The translations under genes were made by a program, and so were the position numbers. From a candidate division WOR-3 bacterium (GTDB lineage: Bacteria; Hydrothermota; Tepidihabitantia; B3-TA06), in the NCBI GenBank assembly GCA_965649265.1, contig CBFGKC010000023.1, forward strand, positions 1 through 23,790: 23,790 bases of DNA, given 5' to 3'. Under the pieces are notes generated by a model. It saw only the letters and a list, made by a program, of their open reading frames with translations, made no database searches and was not told the origin of the DNA. Below are positions 17,771-23,790 of the stretch, in pieces. Numbering within the stretch: the stretch's first letter is position 1; each line of letters opens with the position of its first letter.

Positions 17771-18378
17771 AAACCGGACTGAAATATCATGTTCGCCGGG
17801 ATTCAATATTTGAGGAAGGTGCAGCGCCGCGTTTCGCAGCCGTTCTTCCCCTTCTTTTCGCTTCTCCCCTTTTGGCCGGAAGCTGGGCACTGGGTCTGGG
17901 CGCAGGGTCGGCCTCTTACGTTGCGCCCGACTCCAGTACGGTGACTTATTTCGATTTGTTCAACGTAGTAAGAAGCGGATACAGGCTTGAAGCCGAGGCC
18001 GGCTACTACTCCGGCAAACAGGGCTTCAACGTCATAGGGACTTTCGGCGAAAACATCGCCAGGCTGAGCGATAACAGGAGCCTTTTACTGGACAGCCACA
18101 TAGCCCTTCTCGGCGAATACCGGTTGATTCTCCTCGAGCAGTCGGGAATCATTCAGGGCACGTTCGGGCTCGGGCCTTCGCTGCACTTTTCGAGTTACAA
18201 GTTTCCGGACACGCTGCAGCGATTTCCAGTTCTGTTTACTCTTGACCCCGAGATCGCCGTCATCGTTTTCGTGTCAAAACACCTGCACTTGAGACTCCAG
18301 GGAATCTACTCCTTCCCGCCTCTAAGCCCGAACTCCGGCGTCTGGAACGTTACTTTGAGAGCGGTGTTCAGGACCTAG
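17767..18378 (+). CDS. Hypothetical exported protein, probable small outer-membrane beta-barrel (paralog B)
   Basis: ATGA overlap with paralog A. Hydrophobic segment ending PLLA|G. Shared motifs G.RLE.E.G.Y, LL.EYRL and GLGPSL.F. Confidence 0.7.
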   Translation: MKTGLKYHVRRDSIFEEGAAPRFAAVLPLLFASPLLAGSWALGLGAGSASYVAPDSSTVTYFDLFNVVRSGYRLEAEAGYYSGKQGFNVIGTFGENIARLSDNRSLLLDSHIALLGEYRLILLEQSGIIQGTFGLGPSLHFSSYKFPDTLQRFPVLFTLDPEIAVIVFVSKHLHLRLQGIYSFPPLSPNSGVWNVTLRAVFRT

Positions 18379-18468
18379 TCTTTCCTGCGCTTCGAAGCCC
18401 TCAGTCTCAATGGAAGGGAGGGTGGATTGTTTTGAGGATTTCTGGGGTTCACTGGAAAGTATTAAGGA

Positions 18469-19329
18469 CTATATTGACAGGTAATCCGCAAGGTTCTCTA
18501 CGTTGAAGCAGCCGCCCTCGGCCTCAAAGGCGACAAGGTATTCGTAACCGTTCTTTATGAAGACAAAAACATAGTACGGGGCCGAATTACGGTAATCCGA
18601 GCCATGCAGATATTTATAATCGTATACCACTCGCGCCCGCACCCTGTAGGCAGCAACTCCGTAGAAAGGCGCGGCGCAGCGCATAAGGCTTGAAGGTTTG
18701 TTCCATTTTGGATTGTTGAAACGGCTTATGAATACCCCATCCTCGCATGCACGGTCGAACGCTTTGCGCGCCCGTACTGAGTCCATAAGAGTATCTGAGG
18801 TTGAAGACCAAGAGACAACAAGAGTGCCGCCGTACTCAAAACCACCACATACACTTGACAAACAAGAAGCCATGACGAACCCTTCTTCTGGGGTTCCGAC
18901 TCCATCACAAATAAACAAATCTCTCCCACCTCCCAGGTAGTGGATTTTGACGGGTTTGCTTAAGTTCTCAAGTTTATCCGAATAAAGATAGAAAATGAGT
19001 TTTCTCCTTATCTCATCCGACAAATTACTGAGCGTCTCCGAGGTTGGTTTAAGTGAATCCATTGCCCAGTCAAGGCTTTTGCCTTCATCCATTAAAAATA
19101 CGATCTGACTGTCGAGTTCCTTAGCGGCCTCAGAGTAGGTTTTAACAACAGGAGCGACTAATTGGTAGTTGGATGAAATTGTATCATTGTAGCTTGGTTT
19201 TGTAACACTCATGACGTATTGGAACCATTCATTTATGCATCTATACTTCTCAAAACTCAGCTGAGCGTCCAAGACACTGACATTCAAAAACAAAAAAGCT
19301 ATGAATAGTTCTTTTCGCATGGCAACCAC
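18469..19329 (-). CDS. Hypothetical secreted protein (7 Cys); start GTG 19329 or ATG 19320
   Basis: 286-aa ORF in AT-richer DNA. Signal peptide MRKELFIAFLFLNVSVLDA|Q. A consensus promoter lies directly upstream. Confidence 0.8.
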   Translation of the reverse strand: MVAMRKELFIAFLFLNVSVLDAQLSFEKYRCINEWFQYVMSVTKPSYNDTISSNYQLVAPVVKTYSEAAKELDSQIVFLMDEGKSLDWAMDSLKPTSETLSNLSDEIRRKLIFYLYSDKLENLSKPVKIHYLGGGRDLFICDGVGTPEEGFVMASCLSSVCGGFEYGGTLVVSWSSTSDTLMDSVRARKAFDRACEDGVFISRFNNPKWNKPSSLMRCAAPFYGVAAYRVRARVVYDYKYLHGSDYRNSAPYYVFVFIKNGYEYLVAFEAEGGCFNVENLADYLSI

Positions 19330-19336
19330 TTGTTAG

Positions 19337-19364
19337 ATTATAAAACTAAAGTTTACTTTGTCAA
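19337..19364 (-). promoter_or_regulatory. Consensus sigma70-like promoter of the secreted hypothetical gene
   Basis: TTGACA-N16-TATAAT, 7 nt before GTG 19329, fitted into a 48-bp intergenic gap. Confidence 0.8.
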
Positions 19365-19377
19365 GTGTCCCCTATTC

Positions 19378-20676
19378 TTATTTCCCGAACCTCATATACT
19401 GGTGGATTAAACCTACCACATGTCGGGGTGTAAACACCCCTCCAAAAGCCTTTTCGTTCACACCTGTTTTTTTGTTTTCCTTCGCAACCTCAAGGATGCG
19501 GTGCGAGATATACCCGGCAAGCCAGCGGGCCGTAATGCCTGCCGAGCTTGTCAGGGTGTCTAACCCCATGTTGTCCGCGTCGAACTCGTCAAGAAGAGGA
19601 CTTGGATTCCCGGGAGCCCAGAACTCGTCACGTTCCCTAGGGACATCCCCAGAGTAAGGTCTGAGAAACTCTGGTATAACGTCCTTCCTTATCGCCGGGG
19701 GATATAAAGTCTGCAAAAGCCAGCCATAACTTACGTGGCAAGTATTGCCAGCCTCAAATATAGTTTGTGGGGTAACAACAACAATATCGTTGTTGCTCAG
19801 CCGAACACTTCTCGTGCATTCGCCTAATTCAGCCACCTTGTGAAAAAGCCAGCAAAGATATGCTATGCTGATATTCTTACCCATGCAGTTATAGAATTCT
19901 GAAGACGGCAGCACGTCAAGTGCCGCACCAACGCAATGAGCGCTTTGAGAAGCCTGGCCGACCTGAGTCTGCCAATACAGGGTTCTATATCCTCCGTGTA
20001 TTTCAAGATTGCCTGAGCCGACATCGCTGAATACGGTATGCCATTCCCTATTCGTTTCTAAGAAAAGAATGGCGATATCAGGTATTATGAATGCTTTCTC
20101 CTCCTCTCCCGTTTTTTTCTCCTCAAGTGATTTTCCGCTTGCAACTGCATTAGGTTGACTTGTGTCTCTTTCACCAGGAAAGGCATAAGGGTACAGTTCC
20201 CGCGCCGTGAAATACATCGCCCTGCGCCAGGCTTCGCTTGTCGCGGTTTTCGCCCTTTCAAAGCAATAGTCGTAATCATCGTAGCTGGATATCTTGAATC
20301 CAAGCTTCCGGGTCGAATACGTTATGTGTTCAGGCGGGATTCGCCACACGGTCATGCAATAAGTAATATAATCCAGTATCCTTCGCAGCCGGTTGCACTT
20401 TTCCTGTGATGCGAACGTAAAACCGGTGTAAGTTTGAATCAAGGCATGTGCTGAGTTGTTGTATACTGGCAGGATCCCAGGCCTTTTTCCCGGCTGCCAG
20501 AGATTGGTTGAGTATCCCAGTTCATCGAACTGACCCTGCGCGGAATCAATGTATAAATAGATGAAATACGCCCACGCCTTCATATCCTGCGGGTCAAAGT
20601 CCGGAAAGAGCGAAGGATCGGGCGGCGCTTTAGGCGAGACCTGCGAAAGAATATTCTCGATTGTGGCATAAGCCAT
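19378..20676 (-). CDS. Hypothetical protein with a putative peptidase M15 (Hedgehog/DD-peptidase-fold) Zn site
   Basis: AAGGAGGT RBS then ATG 20676 (432 aa). Motifs IHGGYRT, SAHCVGAALD (H-x6-D) and QTIFE...CHVSY appear in the M15 order. No signal peptide. The ORF is secure; the domain call is tentative. Confidence 0.65.
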   Translation of the reverse strand: MAYATIENILSQVSPKAPPDPSLFPDFDPQDMKAWAYFIYLYIDSAQGQFDELGYSTNLWQPGKRPGILPVYNNSAHALIQTYTGFTFASQEKCNRLRRILDYITYCMTVWRIPPEHITYSTRKLGFKISSYDDYDYCFERAKTATSEAWRRAMYFTARELYPYAFPGERDTSQPNAVASGKSLEEKKTGEEEKAFIIPDIAILFLETNREWHTVFSDVGSGNLEIHGGYRTLYWQTQVGQASQSAHCVGAALDVLPSSEFYNCMGKNISIAYLCWLFHKVAELGECTRSVRLSNNDIVVVTPQTIFEAGNTCHVSYGWLLQTLYPPAIRKDVIPEFLRPYSGDVPRERDEFWAPGNPSPLLDEFDADNMGLDTLTSSAGITARWLAGYISHRILEVAKENKKTGVNEKAFGGVFTPRHVVGLIHQYMRFGK

Positions 20677-20700
20677 AACAGACCTCCTTTGATTTTGAAC

Positions 20701-20740
20701 ATTATCTCCCGTTTGATGACGCAGGCAATAGAAACCTGAC
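20701..20740 (-). promoter_or_regulatory. Putative promoter of the M15-motif gene, with the shared 24-bp motif
   Basis: TTGCCT(20728-20723)-N16-GATAAT(20706-20701). 20717-20740 matches 3540-3563 at 22/24 nt. Confidence 0.55.
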
Positions 20741-20801
20741 CACAGGCTCAAAACTCCCTAAATTACGGTACTAATAACCTTAAGAGAGAATTCGACTAAA
20801 A

Positions 20802-20837
20802 GGGTTCCCAAAGAAACGCCCCTGCGTTTCTTTGGGA
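20802..20837. repeat. REP-like hairpin immediately after the patatin stop; may also act as a terminator
   Basis: TCCCAAAGAAACGC-CCCT-GCGTTTCTTTGGGA, a 14-bp perfect stem at 20806-20837 with the same sequence family as 70-100. ACCCTTTT follows on the minus strand. Confidence 0.8.
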
Positions 20838-20838
20838 T

Positions 20839-21813
20839 TTATTTAAGCTTCTCCCACCACCGGGGGGAGGCCTTCTCGAGCTTTTCCGGGACGTTCTGAC
20901 GCGCCCATAGAGCGGTCTCCTCGTACTGCTCGCGCTGGGTGTCGAAGTCGAGCATGGAGTAGGACTTGGAGAGCTTAGGCATGTAAAGGTACGCGCGTCT
21001 CGCGATATAGGGCGCGCGCTCGAGTTGGCAGTTGAACATGTCGTTATTGAGGATGCTCGAAGCCTCCAGGTAGTTTGAAAGGATCCTGGGAGCGGTGAAG
21101 AGCTTCTTCTTTCCGAACTCCTCCCCCTTCTTCTCTTTCCCGCCCCGCATCTTGGAGATGATATAAATTTCGGAACAGTTCTCATATGCGAGCGCCTCGA
21201 CCGGAATGCCGTCGCGGCCCGTGCAGCCGTCAACGAACTCGCCCGTAAGCCCCGCTATCGTTTGAGGCTTGAAGGCGACCGCAATCGCCGTGGATGCCAT
21301 GAGAACGTCGAGCAAAAGAAGCTTCGCGTGCTTCGGGTCGCGGCTCGAAAGCCGCAGTGTCTCGCGCTTGTCGGTGTCAACCACGGAGATGTAGGTCGGC
21401 AAATAAAGGCTGCCGAGGGTATCGAAACCCATGCGTGCGAGGACCCGGGATAGAAACTCGCGAAGGGGTGAGGTGTCTAGCACGAAACCGTCCGCGATGT
21501 TCGTCGTGAATATCCTGCCTATGCCTTTGACGCTAATGTCGAATACCTTCTCGTTTCCCAGGGTGAAGAGAAGCGACTTGTAGTCGCCCCAGTCGAAGCG
21601 GGAACCCGATTGCTCATTCTTAGACCGCAGAACCGCGTTGACGGCCACCGCGTTAAGGGCGCCCGAGCTCGCGCCGGAGACGACGTCGGGCACGATCTTT
21701 TTTTCGAGCGGGGTAAGGCCTTCGATTAAAGCCTCCGATAGCGCGCACTCCTGGGCAATACGCGCCGCGGCACCTGAGAATACGAAGCCCACCTTCGGGT
21801 TAATGATGTTCAT
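20839..21813 (-). CDS. Patatin-like phospholipase family protein
   Basis: VGFVFSGAAAR (Gly-loop variant), nucleophile GASSG-ALNA, LDTSPLR, LMASTAI, catalytic FVDG(C). Start ATG 21813 or GTG 21816, just below the promoter. Confidence 0.85.
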   Translation of the reverse strand: MNIINPKVGFVFSGAAARIAQECALSEALIEGLTPLEKKIVPDVVSGASSGALNAVAVNAVLRSKNEQSGSRFDWGDYKSLLFTLGNEKVFDISVKGIGRIFTTNIADGFVLDTSPLREFLSRVLARMGFDTLGSLYLPTYISVVDTDKRETLRLSSRDPKHAKLLLLDVLMASTAIAVAFKPQTIAGLTGEFVDGCTGRDGIPVEALAYENCSEIYIISKMRGGKEKKGEEFGKKKLFTAPRILSNYLEASSILNNDMFNCQLERAPYIARRAYLYMPKLSKSYSMLDFDTQREQYEETALWARQNVPEKLEKASPRWWEKLK

Positions 21814-21824
21814 CACGGTTATTG

Positions 21825-21852
21825 AGGATAGCGTAGCTTCAGAGTTTGTCAA
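21825..21852 (-). promoter_or_regulatory. sigma70-like promoter of the patatin gene (leaderless or very short leader)
   Basis: TTGACA-N16-TATCCT, 8 nt before GTG-ATG. No Shine-Dalgarno sequence. Confidence 0.65.
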
Positions 21853-22031
21853 GCCCCCCTCAGAACTCTTCCCATGTGAGGAAACTGGAAACGGATTACT
21901 ATTGTTCGCGACAGTTAAAAGGAAGTTGGTGACGTTTCTCACCGGGGCTGGGTCCCAGGCCGAGAACGTAGTTATCGACTGAGGCACGAAGTGAGATCCC
22001 TCAAGAAGTACTCCGTGATTGTTTGGGGCAT

Positions 22032-22091
22032 GTGTTACGGGCGGGGTCCCCAGAGAAATGCTCAGCATTTCTTTGGGGTAAGTGTTACGGG
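22032..22091. repeat. REP-like element: hairpin flanked by two GTGTTACGGG decamers
   Basis: GTGTTACGGG at 22032-22041 and 22082-22091. CCCCAGAGAAATGC-TCA-GCATTTCTTTGGGG at 22048-22078. Confidence 0.8.
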
Positions 22092-22095
22092 GGGC

Positions 22096-22123
22096 TTGAC
22101 AGGAATTGGAAATCTCTTATAAT
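22096..22123 (+). promoter_or_regulatory. Consensus sigma70-like promoter of rho
   Basis: TTGACA-N16-TATAAT; GGGAGG RBS before ATG 22176. Confidence 0.8.
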
Positions 22124-22175
22124 CATTCTGTCCAGGGAAAAACCTCTTAAACAAATTCCCCCAGACGGGAGGCTC

Positions 22176-23429
22176 ATGGAACTTGAAGAGCTACGAAAAA
22201 AGAAGATAACCGATCTTCAACAGATCGCTGAGAAATTCAGCATTGACACAACGGACAAGGAAAAGGAAGATCTGGTCCGGGCGATTCTTGAGGCCGAAAG
22301 CAAGGAACACGAAAACGGTCTGGTTGAATGCTCCGGTGTGCTTGAGATTTTGAGCGAAGGATTCGGATTCCTGCGCTCGCCGAACTACAGCTACCTGCCA
22401 AGCCAGGATGACATTTACATCTCACCCGCGCAGGTAAAGCGCTTCGGTCTTAAGTCGGGCGATACGGTCGCCGCGCGCGCAAGGCCGCCCCGCGACAGCG
22501 AGAAATTTTTCTCGGTAGTCAAGGTGGACACCGTAAACGGCGATCCGGTTGCAGCCGTCCGCGGACGCATACCGTTCGACAGTCTTACGCCCCTGTATCC
22601 GACCCAGCGCATCCACATGGAAAACACCGACGACCGCGACTTCACGACTCGCGTGATTGACCTTTTCACGCCCATAGGCATGGGGCAGCGCGGACTCATC
22701 GTTTCGCCGCCGCGCGCGGGAAAGACCATCATTCTTCAGAAAATAGCCAACTCCATAACCCGTAACCACCCCGAGATAGAACTCATCATCTTGCTCATTG
22801 ACGAGCGTCCGGAAGAGGTAACGGATATGGAGCGCTCGGTGAAAGCGGAGGTCATCAGCTCGACGTTCGACGAGGCGCCAGAGCGCCACGTCCAGGTCGC
22901 CGAAATGGTCCTGCAAAAAGCCAAGCGCCTTGTCGAGCACAAGCGCGACGTGGTCATTCTACTGGACTCGATCACGCGTCTCGCGCGCGCTCACAACATG
23001 GTAATACCGCACTCCGGAAAGACGCTCTCCGGCGGTCTCGATTCCAACGCCCTGCAGAAGCCGAAGAAATTCTTCGGCTCGGCAAGAAACATCGAGGAAG
23101 GCGGCTCGCTGACGATAATGGCGACCGCGTTGATCGACACCGGCTCGCGAATGGACGAGGTCATCTTCGAGGAGTTCAAGGGCACCGGCAACAACGAAAT
23201 GGTCCTGGACCGCAGGCTTGCCGAGCGCCGCGTGTTCCCCGCAATAGACCTTCAGCGCTCCGGAACCCGCAAGGAAGAACTCTTGCTGACGGACCACGAG
23301 CTAAACCGCGTGTGGTTACTGCGCAAGATTCTGGCAGAGATGAGTCCTGTAGACATGATGGAGTTCATCATCGACAAGATGCGGCTGACCAAGAACAACG
23401 CCGAGTTCCTCGAGGCGATGAACGAGTAG
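22176..23429 (+). CDS. rho: Transcription termination factor Rho
   Basis: [77 protein letters not shown]. 417 aa from ATG 22176. Confidence 0.98.
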   Translation: MELEELRKKKITDLQQIAEKFSIDTTDKEKEDLVRAILEAESKEHENGLVECSGVLEILSEGFGFLRSPNYSYLPSQDDIYISPAQVKRFGLKSGDTVAARARPPRDSEKFFSVVKVDTVNGDPVAAVRGRIPFDSLTPLYPTQRIHMENTDDRDFTTRVIDLFTPIGMGQRGLIVSPPRAGKTIILQKIANSITRNHPEIELIILLIDERPEEVTDMERSVKAEVISSTFDEAPERHVQVAEMVLQKAKRLVEHKRDVVILLDSITRLARAHNMVIPHSGKTLSGGLDSNALQKPKKFFGSARNIEEGGSLTIMATALIDTGSRMDEVIFEEFKGTGNNEMVLDRRLAERRVFPAIDLQRSGTRKEELLLTDHELNRVWLLRKILAEMSPVDMMEFIIDKMRLTKNNAEFLEAMNE

Positions 23430-23442
23430 GAACCTGCCGGGT

Positions 23443-23485
23443 CCAGGGTCCAGGGGCCCAGGGGCCAGGGGCCAAGGTCCAGGGT
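23443..23485 (+). repeat. Heptamer tandem repeat CCA(G/A)GG(T/G) x6
   Basis: CCAGGGT CCAGGGG (C) CCAGGGG CCAGGGG CCAAGGT CCAGGGT, starting 14 nt after the rho stop. Confidence 0.9.
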
Positions 23486-23557
23486 CCGGACCGATTCAAC
23501 CATAATTGATCGAGAGGGGGAGGAGGGCCAGCGGGCCGCGGTAGAACTACGCCTTTA

Positions 23558-23588
23558 CCCGTAACACACCCACCCTCCCCCGTAACAC
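23558..23588 (-). repeat. Pair of GTGTTACGGG decamers (reverse orientation)
   Basis: CCCGTAACAC at 23558-23567 and 23579-23588. Confidence 0.8.
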
Positions 23589-23790
23589 GCCTTCCTCATC
23601 TGCGAGCTAGCCGCTGGGAGCGGCATGGGCGGAAGCAAACTTCCTAAACTCTCCCCTGGAGAGATTCGCGCGCCTTCGAGCGAGATTAGTCATCGCGAGG
23701 CAGCCGGAGGATGCACGGCACAAAGCTCGAAACAACTCCCACAACAAATGCGATAGTTCTCTACTCTCACACCTCGAAGCATCCGTCCAT

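Noticed and set aside
20839-21813. CBASS or other defence operon around the patatin
   Set aside because: No CD-NTase, Cap2/Cap3 or other recognisable defence gene is adjacent.
21817-22175. Overlapping N-terminal extensions of patatin (to 22068) and rho (from 22023)
   Set aside because: They run through promoters and a REP-like element. Family similarity starts at 21813 and 22176, and the latter has a GGGAGG RBS.

Overview
Chromosomal window from a GC-moderate bacterium that is probably diderm and probably uncultured. The 'WxKTYGG' repeat proteins and DUF3160 suggest a WOR-3/TA06-like lineage, but this is inference only. Housekeeping content: tRNA-Leu(TAG)-tig-clpP-clpX (-), PurS-fused purL plus a nitrilase-family hydrolase (+), an orphan Roadblock/LC7 gene (+), purQ (-), lpdA (-), a Na+/solute symporter with an unannotated 38-aa membrane partner (-), and rho (+). 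Accessory content: two tandem secreted repeat-protein paralogs sharing a 65-nt identical tract; a DUF3160 gene followed by two paralogous predicted beta-barrel genes; and a patatin gene followed by an AT-richer pair (a protein with a cryptic M15-type Zn peptidase motif, then a secreted protein). The strongest unusual signals are regulatory. All 13 sigma70-like promoters I could read have a 16-bp, not 17-bp, -35/-10 spacer. Several genes, including purL and purQ, look leaderless with GTG starts. A 24-bp motif is shared by two distant promoters. An intergenic REP-like family (hairpin plus GTGTTACGGG decamer) recurs across the window. No CRISPR array, transposase, integrase or reverse transcriptase was seen.
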